Notes: generated from the sequence alone by a model not told the origin. Counted from the stretch's first letter, positions 1 to 10,072 are shown. The stretch: 64,000 bases of DNA from an uncultured Flavobacteriaceae bacterium (GCA_963715465.1 OY970246.1:829969-893968), one strand, 5' to 3'. Translations and numbers: made by a program.

Positions 1-2
1 AG

Positions 3-254
3 TTTGCTTTGAGCAATGAATACTACGGCTTTTATATTGATGAGTACGCAGCAATCGTTGATCGTGTTGAAGATAGAATCTATAAGGATAAGGAGTACTT
101 TAAAGACATTGCAAAAAAAGAAGAACTAGAGAAGCAACGAAAACGTGATTCTGTAAGAGCGCTCAGTGATTCTTTAAGCGTTAAGGTTCTCAAAGTGCCA
201 AAGCAACAAGAAAAGCGTGAGGATTATAAAGAGGATTCAGATGAATCTAACTGA
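3..254 (+). CDS. 3' end of an unidentified gene (5' part outside the window), with a charged Lys/Glu/Asp-rich tail
   Basis: The frame is open from the window edge to the TAA at 252-254. Track ORF 9..254 begins at an internal TTG. No family recognised. Confidence 0.3.
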   Translation, partial: FALSNEYYGFYIDEYAAIVDRVEDRIYKDKEYFKDIAKKEELEKQRKRDSVRALSDSLSVKVLKVPKQQEKREDYKEDSDESN

Positions 255-1252
255 TAATACGCTATAACTTCGGAAATAGATTGCTCTATCGATTTAAACT
301 CAAAATTTAAGTCTGTTTTCAGTTTAGAATTATCGTAGAGTGCCGTTTCTGAAAGTGACTTTGCCAATTGTTTTGAGAGTTTTCTGCGCTTTCCGAAGAG
401 TTTATGATTGAGCCAATCCAGCCGCCAAGCCAACGATAATAAAAATGGTGCTGCTTCTTTTTGTGGCGCTTTTACTTGGAGTGCTTTTGCCACACGATCC
501 TGAAAGGTCTTAAACGGTAAATTTTTAGAAATAAGAATATACCGTTCATTTTTTATATTGCTCTCCAAAAGTTGTATCATAATAGCCACGACATCCCAAA
601 TATCAACATAGGCCGAGGATCCCAAAGGATAGTATTTAAGACCATGATCAATTTGTCTAAACAGGCTGCCGCTCCCACCGCCTTTCCAAAATCCAGGACC
701 TAAAATTATACCAGGATTAACGATTACGGCATCAACACCTTCTTGTGTACCTCTCCATATCTCAAGTTCGGCGCCGTACTTTGTAATGGCATAAACACTA
801 TTGTCATGCTCTGGGTTCCATTCGGTATGTTCTGTAATGAGCTCATCAATAGTCATTTCATGGCCTATGGCAGCAATAGAACTCACGTAGCAAATTTTCT
901 GAACATTATTTGAGATGCATAAATTGACGATGTTTGCGGTACCTTTAATATTAACCTTTCGAAGTTCATGATATTTATCGGGTTCAAAACTTATAAAGGC
1001 AGCACAATGATAAACATGCAAAACCTGTTCAAAGGCAATCTCCAAGGCAGGAATATCGTTAATAGTCGCTTCGACCCACTCGATTTTATTATAGAGCGTC
1101 TCAACATCTTGCGTATAGTATGAGAAGACTTTTTTTACAGCTTCGAGTTTATGGGCGCGCCTATAAATAGCACGAACGGCATTATGCTTATTCACCAACT
1201 TAAACAATAAATGCGACCCTACTAAGCCAGTCCCTCCTGTTACTAAAATCAT
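224..1252 (-). CDS. NAD(P)-dependent epimerase/dehydratase (extended SDR) family protein
   Basis: N-terminal Rossmann motif MILVTGGTGLVGSHL and SDR catalytic YxxxK (YAITK); 342 aa. Confidence 0.8.
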   Translation of the reverse strand: MILVTGGTGLVGSHLLFKLVNKHNAVRAIYRRAHKLEAVKKVFSYYTQDVETLYNKIEWVEATINDIPALEIAFEQVLHVYHCAAFISFEPDKYHELRKVNIKGTANIVNLCISNNVQKICYVSSIAAIGHEMTIDELITEHTEWNPEHDNSVYAITKYGAELEIWRGTQEGVDAVIVNPGIILGPGFWKGGGSGSLFRQIDHGLKYYPLGSSAYVDIWDVVAIMIQLLESNIKNERYILISKNLPFKTFQDRVAKALQVKAPQKEAAPFLLSLAWRLDWLNHKLFGKRRKLSKQLAKSLSETALYDNSKLKTDLNFEFKSIEQSISEVIAYYQLDSSESSL

Positions 1253-1290
1253 TTTGTAAAATTAGGCTTTTTTCTTTTGAGCTATAAATC

Positions 1291-1298
1291 TATATTTG
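1291..1298 (+). promoter_or_regulatory. Candidate Bacteroidota sigma-A -7 box (TATATTTG) upstream of tyrS
   Basis: Exact match to TAnnTTTG, 25 nt upstream of the ATG at 1323. No well-spaced -33 TTG seen. Confidence 0.35.
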
Positions 1299-1322
1299 CC
1301 AAAGATTACTAAAATAAGGATT

Positions 1323-2615
1323 ATGATAAAGAATTTTGTTGAAGAGTTACAGTGGCGAGGAATGATTCATCAAACCATGCCAGGCGCTGAGGAACATCTT
1401 ATGGAAGCGATGCGATCGGCATACGTTGGTTTTGATCCTACGGCAGATTCTTTGCACATTGGTAACCTCGTGCCTATAATGTTATTGGCGCATTTTCAAC
1501 GTTGTGGTCATAAACCGGTGGCTTTAGTTGGTGGCGCGACTGGTATGATTGGTGATCCTTCTGGTAAGTCCAGCGAACGCAATTTATTGGATGAAAAGAC
1601 CTTGCGTCACAATCAAGATGCCATTAAAAAACAATTATCTCATTTCTTGGATTTTGAGAATGACGTTCAAAACGCTGCAGAGCTTGTCAACAATTATGAT
1701 TGGATGAAAGACTTTTCGTTCTTGGAGTTTATTCGGGATGTTGGTAAACACATCACTGTTAATTATATGATGGCAAAGGATTCTGTAAAAAACAGAATTT
1801 CTTCGGAATCGAGCGACGGCATGTCTTTCACTGAGTTCACCTATCAACTGGTTCAAGGCTATGACTTTTTACATTTGTACAACGCGAAAGATTGCTCCAT
1901 ACAGATGGGCGGAAGCGATCAATGGGGCAATATCACGACAGGAACCGAACTCATACGACGTGTTGCACAAGGTAAAGGTTTTGCAATTACGTGCCCATTG
2001 ATTACGAAAAGTGACGGCTCTAAATTTGGAAAATCTGAGGGTAGTAACGTGTGGCTTGATGCTAACCGAACGTCACCCTATAAATTTTACCAATACTGGT
2101 TAAATTCTAGCGATGATGATGCCGAAAAGTACATCAAAATTTTTACGTTTTTAACAGAAGAAGAGATCAAAACCATCATTAAAGAACATCAAGATTCACC
2201 ACATTTACGTTCGCTTCAAAAGCGTTTAGCTCAAGAAATTACAACGATGGTTCATTCTGAGTCTGATTTTAAAAATGCCGAAAGAGCGTCAAACATCTTA
2301 TTTAGCAAATCGTTTAAAGTTGATATAAGGACCTTGGATGAAAAGACGTTTTTAGATGTGTTTGAAGGTGTACCGCAAGCAGAAATTTCTAGAGAGGAAT
2401 TATCCCAATTGGATATGATTGGAGCTTTATCTGCCCAAACTAATTTCTTGGCGTCTAATAGCGATGCGCGTCGCGCATTAAATGAAAATGCAGTCTCGGT
2501 CAATAAGGAAAAAGTCACCGAAGACTACCAATTATCTGCTGAAGATTTAATTAATGACATCTACATTATCTTAAACAAGGGTAAGAAAAACACCTATATT
2601 ATTAAAGTTTTATAA
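1323..2615 (+). CDS. tyrS: Tyrosine--tRNA ligase
   Basis: Class I HIGH-type motif (SLHIGNL), KMSKS-type KFGKS and a C-terminal S4-like domain. ATG 1323 ([13 protein letters not shown]) is preferred over the track TTG at 1296, which sits inside the -7 box. Confidence 0.95.
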   Translation: MIKNFVEELQWRGMIHQTMPGAEEHLMEAMRSAYVGFDPTADSLHIGNLVPIMLLAHFQRCGHKPVALVGGATGMIGDPSGKSSERNLLDEKTLRHNQDAIKKQLSHFLDFENDVQNAAELVNNYDWMKDFSFLEFIRDVGKHITVNYMMAKDSVKNRISSESSDGMSFTEFTYQLVQGYDFLHLYNAKDCSIQMGGSDQWGNITTGTELIRRVAQGKGFAITCPLITKSDGSKFGKSEGSNVWLDANRTSPYKFYQYWLNSSDDDAEKYIKIFTFLTEEEIKTIIKEHQDSPHLRSLQKRLAQEITTMVHSESDFKNAERASNILFSKSFKVDIRTLDEKTFLDVFEGVPQAEISREELSQLDMIGALSAQTNFLASNSDARRALNENAVSVNKEKVTEDYQLSAEDLINDIYIILNKGKKNTYIIKVL

Positions 2616-3121
2616 GAGGTACATCTTTATTTCGTTAAGTTTTCAAAACCATGAAAGTATCGAATGCTGATCATATTTCCTAAAAGTATGATATTCAAGC
2701 CTAACTGATAAAACTAATTATAGTGGTTTGTCTTTTGAAGTTTTCGAAACCATACAGGTATGATAACTTCTTGATTTTTTTCTTTCAGTACAAGATTCAA
2801 ACGAAAATAATTCTATTTTTCAATGAGCAATTGATGTGAAAAATTAGTGATTATCCTGTAAGATTTTAAAACCTAGAGGGTACCCTAGATTGATTACATT
2901 TTCCCAAACTACGAGTCGTTAATTTAAATAATAAAACGAGTTTAGATCTGAAGGCGACATAACTACAGCATGAGCATCACTTTAGTATTGAAATCTGGCA
3001 GGTCTAACAAATAGAAGCTACTCACTTTCGATATAATATTTTAAGAGTAAGAATAGAGCAATCTTTCACCAAAAATTATTCTAGTAACCTAGGTATCGTT
3101 CATGTTTAAATACGTTAATTG

Positions 3122-3157
3122 TATATCATCGTAATATTGCAATATTACGATGATATA
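3122..3157. repeat. Perfect 36-bp palindrome (18-bp arms) TATATCATCGTAATATTG/CAATATTACGATGATATA
   Basis: The second half is the exact reverse complement of the first half. It lies in an ORF-free gap. Confidence 0.9.
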
Positions 3158-3235
3158 AAAATTCAGACCTTCGTTTGATGATTTTTGCCGTGACTGTCTA
3201 TTGATATTGGATTTGTTTTTTCAGATATACTCAAT

Positions 3236-3267
3236 AGAAAAACGTCCCGCAAAATTTGCAGGACGTT
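3236..3267 (-). terminator. Intrinsic terminator after the YHS-domain gene
   Basis: On the minus strand, AACGTCCTGC-loop-GCGGGACGTT (one mismatch) is followed by a TTTTT run. Confidence 0.6.
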
Positions 3268-3325
3268 TAACATCAACCAATCAACTATTTTGAAGTAAAC
3301 ATTTCTTTTTCATAGAATCTTCATT

Positions 3326-3769
3326 CTAATTCATTACTTCCCAATTTTGGTCGGCTTTTTCTTGTAAACCTTTCACATTATTTTTTTTCCAAGATTTTAG
3401 TGTGTTATTAAACCATGAATTATAGAATAAATACAATTTCCCATCTCTAATTTCGAACGTTTCTGGATCAACGTCAACTTTCTTTGAGCTTTCTGCAATA
3501 GCATAAGCACAATAGCCTCCATACTGGGGGACATATTTATCAGGATTGCTTTCAAAGGTCTTTAAATTCTCTTCCGAAGCAAATTTAAACTGTACGCCAT
3601 CGTGGGTCGCAGTAAATTTATTTTCGCCTTCTACGGCCTCATTGTCAAAATAAGCCACGACATCATAACCTTTGGCAACGAAGCCTTTTTTGGTGTTGTA
3701 GTCAACAGATTGCGCAAAACTCAAGAGTACTGCGAAACATAACCAAATCGTAAGTTGTTGTCTTTTCAT
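3326..3769 (-). CDS. Secreted YHS-domain protein
   Basis: Signal peptide, then GYDVVAYF...YGGYCAYA...DGKLYLF, which matches the YHS-family pattern. Confidence 0.7.
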   Translation of the reverse strand: MKRQQLTIWLCFAVLLSFAQSVDYNTKKGFVAKGYDVVAYFDNEAVEGENKFTATHDGVQFKFASEENLKTFESNPDKYVPQYGGYCAYAIAESSKKVDVDPETFEIRDGKLYLFYNSWFNNTLKSWKKNNVKGLQEKADQNWEVMN

Positions 3770-3799
3770 ACAGACTTAGTCGATAAACAATTATCAACT

Positions 3800-4780
3800 T
3801 TACAGCACCATCAAATTACAACCTCTTATATCGCTAGAATCAAATCTTCCAATAATTTCAAAACTGTGATCTATATAAACACGGCCTAAATCTTGAGTCG
3901 CGATAAATGCACATGAATTGATATTAGAAAGGTCAATGACGTTAATTCCGCCAGTTTTTCCCCGTTTTTGAAGGGTAAGCGCGTCTTCGGGATCTCGCGT
4001 AAGAACGCGCATCCAATTTGGGCATTTAAAGAGTCCATCACCATGCGAATAGGCTTGACTCAGCAATTCGGTCATACCATATTCGCTATGAATTTTAGAA
4101 ACACCAAATCCTTGTTTTAAAATAGTTTGTAATTCATCACGTACCAATTCTTTTCTACGACCTTTCATGCCACCAGTTTCCATAACGATGGTATTCTTTA
4201 ATTGAAATTGATGCGATTCTACTAAATCTAAGAGCGCAAAAGAGACACCGATGAGCATGATTTTTTTTCCTTCGGAATCTAAAGCGATCAGCTGCTTTTT
4301 TAGGGCTTCGAGGTTGTTGAGGTAAAATCCGCTTTCAGGCTGTCCAGATGCTTTGATCATATCATTGACCATATAAATAAGTGACGAACCCTCCCGTTCT
4401 AAGTAATTGGGTAACAAGGCTAAAATGGTATAATCTTTAATGTTTCCGTAGAATGTATTGAAACCTTGTCTAAAACTCTGCTCGTAAATTGAACGATCGG
4501 TCACGAAATGTTTACTTGTGATTGCTCCCGTCGTTCCGCTGCTTGAGAACACTTCTTCAACTGTAGAGGTCGAACATATGACCTTATGGCTTTTAAAAAA
4601 CTGAATGGGTAGAAACGGAATATCCTCAATACGTTTAATATCACTTGGATGCTTATAGAGTAAATCACAAAAAGACCTATAGACGCCATTGTTTTTAAAC
4701 TGAAATTTAAAAATGTCTAGCGCTGCATTATTAAAGTCTTCTTCTGAAGCGATTGAAAAAATCTCGTTGGTCTTGATCAT
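3800..4780 (-). CDS. LuxE/PaaK-like adenylate-forming acyl-protein synthetase family protein (often annotated as acyl transferase)
   Basis: SSGTTG adenylation-type motif and ETGGMKGRR. The overall layout resembles Flavobacteria LuxE-family proteins. Start moved to MIKTNEIF (ATG at 4780) because a TATGTTTG -7 box lies at 4786-4793. Confidence 0.55.
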   Translation of the reverse strand: MIKTNEIFSIASEEDFNNAALDIFKFQFKNNGVYRSFCDLLYKHPSDIKRIEDIPFLPIQFFKSHKVICSTSTVEEVFSSSGTTGAITSKHFVTDRSIYEQSFRQGFNTFYGNIKDYTILALLPNYLEREGSSLIYMVNDMIKASGQPESGFYLNNLEALKKQLIALDSEGKKIMLIGVSFALLDLVESHQFQLKNTIVMETGGMKGRRKELVRDELQTILKQGFGVSKIHSEYGMTELLSQAYSHGDGLFKCPNWMRVLTRDPEDALTLQKRGKTGGINVIDLSNINSCAFIATQDLGRVYIDHSFEIIGRFDSSDIRGCNLMVL

Positions 4781-4785
4781 TGTTG

Positions 4786-4793
4786 CAAACATA
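4786..4793 (-). promoter_or_regulatory. Candidate -7 box (TATGTTTG on the minus strand), 5 nt upstream of the ATG at 4780
   Basis: Exact TAnnTTTG match. The position implies a leaderless or very short-leader transcript. Confidence 0.3.
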
Positions 4794-4800
4794 TGCAAAA

Positions 4801-4832
4801 ACAAAAAGCGCCCCGAGAATTATCGAGACGCT
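4801..4832 (-). terminator. Intrinsic terminator after the 692-aa T9SS protein gene
   Basis: Minus strand: an imperfect GC-rich hairpin (AGCGTCTCGA...TCGGGGCGCT) followed by TTTTTGTTTTT. Confidence 0.5.
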
Positions 4833-4857
4833 TTTATAAGTTATTTGCAAAATTGGT

Positions 4858-6936
4858 TTACTCAATCACTAATTTCTTAGTTACTGAAGTTCCATTTTGA
4901 GAAATCTTTACGATATAAAGTCCTGTATTTAATGCTGAAACATTAACACGATCATTAACTAAAGTTTCGTTGATCACTTGCTTGCCTAAAATATCATAAA
5001 CCGCAACGTTTGTGCTGCTATCGCTAACGCTTGTGATGTTTACAAACCCAGTTGATGTTGGGTTAGGAAATATCTTGAATGTATTTGCGGTGAACCCATT
5101 AGTTGATAAGGTCGTAGGCGTGACATCTGCCCAAGTAGCACCTAATCGTAATTCATCAAAAAGAATGAAAGGGGTTTCTGTACTAGAATCTTGACGAATT
5201 ACAAATTGATTAAGACTTGTTTGAGGAGTAGCATCAGTATCAGTTGCACTCGCTGCAGGAGCTGTACTACCAAATGAAGCAGCATCAGGATTTACCCATG
5301 TATTGATCACACCAGTAACGGTGTCATAGCTCATAACCACTAAAACAGTATCACCTTCTAATAATATAGTGCTATCAAGCGCTCCAGCAGTAGGTGCTGC
5401 ATTTACATTTGAAATCCCGATTTGGTATTCACCAGCATTTACGCCAGGAACCGTCCATAATCGTGCATCAAAATCACCTAATATCGCAAAATAACCTGCT
5501 GATGTTATTGCCATATTATCTGATACATTCATCAAAAAAGAAGCGTAAAGTGTTCCGCCAACAATTGGGGTAAATTCAATAGCTGTATCGCTACCGCCAC
5601 CGTCAAACGTAATATGATTTCCAGTTTGATTTCCAGCAGCAAAACCAGTGTATGTAAGACCTCCTGGGCCACCTATTAAAATTTCATCGGTAGAATCGGA
5701 AATATTAGACCAATCTGCCGTATCAATTAAATTAGACCCAACTGTATAGTCAAATCCTTCGTATAGCGGTAAAGGCAACTGAGGATCACAATCTGGGCTG
5801 TTGATATTTCGTGTAAAATCACAGCTGCTTTCTAAAGGATCACCTGTAAACGTCACCACAAAATCAGTGCCTTCTGTAACCCCTGTAATTAAGATAGTCC
5901 CATCTGCAACACTAGAAGGATTGTCACCACCAATAACGCCTACACCTCCAGTATCAACCGTATAAGCCGTAGTTGCTCCACCAGCATAATCAATGGTGAC
6001 GTTGTATGTGTCTGTAGTTCCAGAAGTGACAGCATCACATGTCGTTACGATGGTGCCAACAAAAATATCACAAGGAAATGCGATGCTAAAATTGACCATA
6101 TCTGAATCTAAAACACCGCCATCAACTAAATCTGCAGTTACAGAAAATGTATCCCCATCAACGGCTGGACCAACTTGAAACGGACTTGTAGCATTATTAA
6201 CCACTTCTGGTGTCCCACCATTTTTTATTACGGTCATCGTCACAGTAGCACCTGGCGCATTTGCAGTCGTGAACACAACATCTACAGTCGTTGTTCCAGC
6301 GTCTAAAGCTTGATTGTCAAATGGAGATGAGATAGAAATCGTTGGATTTGTATTTGCAGTAGCCGTATACGTTCCAATAGGAAACGGTACATTACAAGCA
6401 GCATTTGTAGTGCCGCCTTCTAACTGATCAACACCACTGTAAGTCCAATTGGTAACTACAAAACTGTTCCCGTCAGGACCGCTGCCATCTACTCTATAAG
6501 CCCAGCCATCTAAATATTCCCATGGTTCTCCATTTCCGTCAACATCAATATCGCCAAAAACGTCTACGACTGTTCCATTTTGAAATAATTCAATGGCATC
6601 ATCACCATTTATTCCCATTGAGCCATCGGTGTAGTCTGGATCAAAACCAAAAAAGGCATTAAAGTTTGGTGTTTCAGTAGCCACATATATGTAATCTCCT
6701 GCATCAGCACTTACAGCGGGAAATGTAAATTCTTCGCCATCAGTTCCTCCGCCATTATTCGCGCTACCAACAGCATAAATGCTCAAATCGGCGATATTGT
6801 TTACCACATAAAGCTCTATACCTTTTGGAGTACCTCCAGTTACAGGTCCATCATAGGCACCAGTTAATATTAAATCTTGCCCAAAGGACAACGTCGTTAC
6901 TAGAACAGCAAGACATAAAAAGTAAATTTTTTTCAT
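4858..6936 (-). CDS. Secreted cell-surface protein with a type IX secretion C-terminal sorting domain
   Basis: N-terminal signal peptide (MKKIYFLCLAVLVTTLSFGQ), Thr/Gly/Asp-rich beta-type repeats and a C-terminal FKIFPNPTS...GLYIVKI...KLVIE T9SS CTD signature. Confidence 0.75.
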   Translation of the reverse strand: MKKIYFLCLAVLVTTLSFGQDLILTGAYDGPVTGGTPKGIELYVVNNIADLSIYAVGSANNGGGTDGEEFTFPAVSADAGDYIYVATETPNFNAFFGFDPDYTDGSMGINGDDAIELFQNGTVVDVFGDIDVDGNGEPWEYLDGWAYRVDGSGPDGNSFVVTNWTYSGVDQLEGGTTNAACNVPFPIGTYTATANTNPTISISSPFDNQALDAGTTTVDVVFTTANAPGATVTMTVIKNGGTPEVVNNATSPFQVGPAVDGDTFSVTADLVDGGVLDSDMVNFSIAFPCDIFVGTIVTTCDAVTSGTTDTYNVTIDYAGGATTAYTVDTGGVGVIGGDNPSSVADGTILITGVTEGTDFVVTFTGDPLESSCDFTRNINSPDCDPQLPLPLYEGFDYTVGSNLIDTADWSNISDSTDEILIGGPGGLTYTGFAAGNQTGNHITFDGGGSDTAIEFTPIVGGTLYASFLMNVSDNMAITSAGYFAILGDFDARLWTVPGVNAGEYQIGISNVNAAPTAGALDSTILLEGDTVLVVMSYDTVTGVINTWVNPDAASFGSTAPAASATDTDATPQTSLNQFVIRQDSSTETPFILFDELRLGATWADVTPTTLSTNGFTANTFKIFPNPTSTGFVNITSVSDSSTNVAVYDILGKQVINETLVNDRVNVSALNTGLYIVKISQNGTSVTKKLVIE

Positions 6937-7178
6937 AATGTATTAGTTTAATGGTTTCAAAAATTAGCACACAAATATACTCGGTTTTTGTAGTTTTTAA
7001 TAATATTCTTATCATAAAAACAGTAGTTTACAATATGATAACATTAAATAATAAGCTCTTAAAACTAGAAATTTGCACATGTCATTTAGGTTAACTTAAT
7101 GTTATCAATTATGGGTATGGTTTGGTTTTTTGTGAATAAGCCTATCTTTACGTTGTTAAGCGTGTCAAACCATAATCC

Positions 7179-7862
7179 ATGAAAAAAAGAGATATTAAGA
7201 TTTTGCTAGTCGACGACGAACCAGATATTTTAGAAATTGTTGGTTATAATTTATCATCTGAGGGTTATAAAATAGTGACTGCAGAAAATGGCCTAGAGGC
7301 CGTCAAGAAAGCAAAAAAGGAGAGACCTCAACTCATTATATTAGACGTCATGATGCCCGAAATGGATGGCATTGAGGCTTGCGAGCAAATAAGAAAAATC
7401 CCTGATTTAAGTGAAACTATCATCGCTTTTCTAACGGCTAGAGGTGAAGATTATTCTCAAATGGCAGGTTTTGATGCTGGTGCAGATGATTATATTACCA
7501 AACCAATCAAGCCCAAGGTTTTGGTAAGCAAAGTCAAATCACTACTCAGACGCCTCAAGGATCAAGACCGGGTTGATGAGGTTTTAACTATTGGTAACTT
7601 AACTATTAATAGGGAAGAATACAAAATCACCATAAAAGGCAAAGAACTCGTACTGCCAAGAAAAGAGTTTGAATTGCTATCTTTGTTGGCAACAAAACCT
7701 AACAAAGTTTTTAAACGCGAAGAAATACTAGATAAAGTCTGGGGAAATGAAGTAGTAGTTGGTGGTAGAACGATTGATGTTCACATTAGAAAATTGCGCG
7801 AAAAAATTGGCGATAAAAAATTTAAGACGATCAAAGGTGTTGGGTATAAGTTTGTAGATTGA
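7179..7862 (+). CDS. OmpR/PhoB-family response regulator
   Basis: Receiver domain (DDEPDI, DVMMPEMDG, KP) plus a winged-helix output domain (GYKFV at the C-terminus). Confidence 0.9.
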   Translation: MKKRDIKILLVDDEPDILEIVGYNLSSEGYKIVTAENGLEAVKKAKKERPQLIILDVMMPEMDGIEACEQIRKIPDLSETIIAFLTARGEDYSQMAGFDAGADDYITKPIKPKVLVSKVKSLLRRLKDQDRVDEVLTIGNLTINREEYKITIKGKELVLPRKEFELLSLLATKPNKVFKREEILDKVWGNEVVVGGRTIDVHIRKLREKIGDKKFKTIKGVGYKFVD

Positions 7863-8905
7863 TGCAAAACAAATTAAAGAAAACGTATAGGTTCGCTTTC
7901 AGGACGTCCTTATACATCACTATTTTTTTAACGCTCTTATCGAGTGTTTTTTTATTCGCCTTACATTCAGTGAGCATTCTTTACTTAGTATCTTTTGCGC
8001 TTTTTACCTATATCATTTCCTTTATAGTCATACAGTATCGTGTCGAGCGTTTTATTTACCGACGAGTTAAAAAAATCTACGACGATCTCACCCTTTTAGA
8101 ATCTACCTCTCTTCGGAAACAGCCCATCACGACCGATATGGCGACACTTACAGAAGAAATAGACAAATACGCCAAAGACAAAAAGCTTGAAATAGAAACC
8201 TTAAAAGTAAGAGAAGAATATAGAAAAGAATTTCTTGGCAATGTATCCCATGAACTCAAAACCCCTTTATTCACGGTTCAAGGTTACTTGTTAACCCTAT
8301 TGGATGGCGCCATTGATGATAAAAAAGTAAGTGAAAAGTATCTCAACAGAGCCAGCAAAGGTCTAGAACGTCTTATTTATATTGTCAAAGATCTGGACAT
8401 GATTACCAAATTAGAAGTAGGCGATCTTCGCTTAACCATTGAAGTCTTTGACGTGGTCGAGCTTGTGGAAAGCGTTTTTGAACTCTTAGAAATGAAAGCC
8501 GCCAAAAAGAAGATCTCGCTCATTTTTGATATGGATTATACCGAGCCTATCATGGTTTTGGCCGATAAGGAGCGCATCCAGCAAGTGCTTACCAATCTTA
8601 TTGTCAATTCTATTAAGTATGGTGAAGAACGTGGTACAACAGAAGTGAGTATCGAAAACCTCATTAAAAATAAAGTGATTGTTCGTGTGACCGATAATGG
8701 TGAAGGTATTTCTAAAGCAAACATTCCTCGATTATTTGAACGTTTTTTTCGGGTCGATAAAAGCGGTTCGCGTAAAGAAGGTGGCTCTGGTTTGGGACTT
8801 TCCATTGTTAAGCATATTATTGAAGCCCACGAAGAGAAAATCTATGTAGAAAGCGAAACAAGCGTAGGCAGTGAGTTCTCATTCACTTTAGAAAAGGCCA
8901 AATAA
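7862..8905 (+). CDS. Sensor histidine kinase (two TM segments, HisKA + HATPase_c)
   Basis: H-box SHELKTPL, N-box NLIVNSIKY, G1 DNGEGI and G2 GSGLGLSIV. The ATG overlaps the regulator stop (TGATG). Confidence 0.9.
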   Translation: MQNKLKKTYRFAFRTSLYITIFLTLLSSVFLFALHSVSILYLVSFALFTYIISFIVIQYRVERFIYRRVKKIYDDLTLLESTSLRKQPITTDMATLTEEIDKYAKDKKLEIETLKVREEYRKEFLGNVSHELKTPLFTVQGYLLTLLDGAIDDKKVSEKYLNRASKGLERLIYIVKDLDMITKLEVGDLRLTIEVFDVVELVESVFELLEMKAAKKKISLIFDMDYTEPIMVLADKERIQQVLTNLIVNSIKYGEERGTTEVSIENLIKNKVIVRVTDNGEGISKANIPRLFERFFRVDKSGSRKEGGSGLGLSIVKHIIEAHEEKIYVESETSVGSEFSFTLEKAK

Positions 8906-9964
8906 AGCCGCATAATTTAAGTCATGATCTACTGGGCTAAGCCCTTTTGTATTTGCGATGTCCTCTAAGCAACTTAAACTAAAATCACCTTGTTTGCAAC
9001 TAGCCACATATCCTAATCTTGTCAAACGTTCAGCCAAATATTCTTGCTCAAATTGACCAGGCGTGGGAATAAAAAAAGCCTTTTTTCGCATTCTTGCTAA
9101 ATCCATAATCGTCGTATATCCAGATCGAGAGACAATCAATTCACTTTCGTTTATGGCAGTCTCCAATTGGGAACTGGTCATATAATTATATACGGTCATA
9201 TTCCTTTCTTCGGAAACTTTACAGACCTTTTCAACCACGCCTCTAACAAAGAGCACCTTGCCACCAAAGTTTTTAAATTCAGAACGTAATTTAGTTTCTA
9301 TACACGTACGTTGAGGTTCAGGTCCTGAAATCAAAACCATAACGTTATATGTAATCGAGCACTCTGTTTGTTTAAACCTGCTCAAGCACCCAATAAACTT
9401 TACAGGCAATTCTGCGTTGCGGGTATGACTTAGCTTTCCGCTTAAATTCGTGTCGCCAACTGTATCTGGAACCCAACATTCATTAAAGCGTTTGATGATT
9501 CTTTGATGCAGCTTAGTGCTCAGCCAAGTCGTGTTTCCGCTTAAAACTTGAAGCTGATGCGTTATAAATACGCTAGGTAAGGTGTCATGGTATACGCCAA
9601 AACGATTATCAGAGATAATACCTTGAATATCATGTGACTTAATGATAGCCTTGACCATGTGGTTTTCAGCTTTAATCGCTTTCAATAGTTTAGGAGTACT
9701 CCAAAACATTTTTAATTTGAAAAACTTACCATTTTTTGGGTACGTGATATGATACGATGGCAGTGCAATATAGTCTAGATCAGGAAATTCCTTTATCAAA
9801 AGTTGTAAGGCTACGCCGTCACTGGCGATAATGGGTTCAAATTGATGTGTGATCAGCGCTCGAATTATAGGAATACATCGCGTAGCATGTCCCAATCCCC
9901 AATTTAATGGAGCGACGAGAATTCTTTTTTTTTGCTGAATTTTCACCTGCCTAGTATTCTTCAA
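8888..9964 (-). CDS. GT-B fold glycosyltransferase (MurG/GT28-like superfamily)
   Basis: N-terminal NWGLGHATRC glycine-rich motif and a C-terminal SRSGYTTIMD...IPTPGQFEQ donor-binding-like region. Non-ATG start (TTG at 9964 or GTG at 9946). Its 3' end overlaps the kinase gene by 18 nt. Confidence 0.6.
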   Translation of the reverse strand: MKNTRQVKIQQKKRILVAPLNWGLGHATRCIPIIRALITHQFEPIIASDGVALQLLIKEFPDLDYIALPSYHITYPKNGKFFKLKMFWSTPKLLKAIKAENHMVKAIIKSHDIQGIISDNRFGVYHDTLPSVFITHQLQVLSGNTTWLSTKLHQRIIKRFNECWVPDTVGDTNLSGKLSHTRNAELPVKFIGCLSRFKQTECSITYNVMVLISGPEPQRTCIETKLRSEFKNFGGKVLFVRGVVEKVCKVSEERNMTVYNYMTSSQLETAINESELIVSRSGYTTIMDLARMRKKAFFIPTPGQFEQEYLAERLTRLGYVASCKQGDFSLSCLEDIANTKGLSPVDHDLNYAALFGLF

Positions 9965-10072
9965 ATTTGGTCTCTTTTAATGAGTCTGTAAGTAAATCAA
10001 AGTTAAAGCTTAAAATGTTTCCTTAATTTTACGGCAGAATTAGTAAATATAACAAATAGTTAAATTTTTAAA

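Noticed and set aside
1253-1322. T-box or other riboswitch leader upstream of tyrS.
   Set aside because: The spacer is only ~70 nt and has no specifier or terminator-antiterminator structure. T-box leaders are also not expected in Bacteroidota.
2637-2873. Possible degenerate CRISPR array, because repeats are spaced ~100 bp apart.
   Set aside because: Only two good copies and one weak copy exist, the repeats are imperfect, the spacing of 101-122 bp is far larger than CRISPR spacers, and there are no cas genes in the window.
8888-8905. 18-nt convergent overlap between the histidine kinase and glycosyltransferase 3' ends (and a similar 31-nt overlap at 224-254).
   Set aside because: Short convergent overlaps are common in compact genomes, and no structure or motif suggests regulated antisense interaction.
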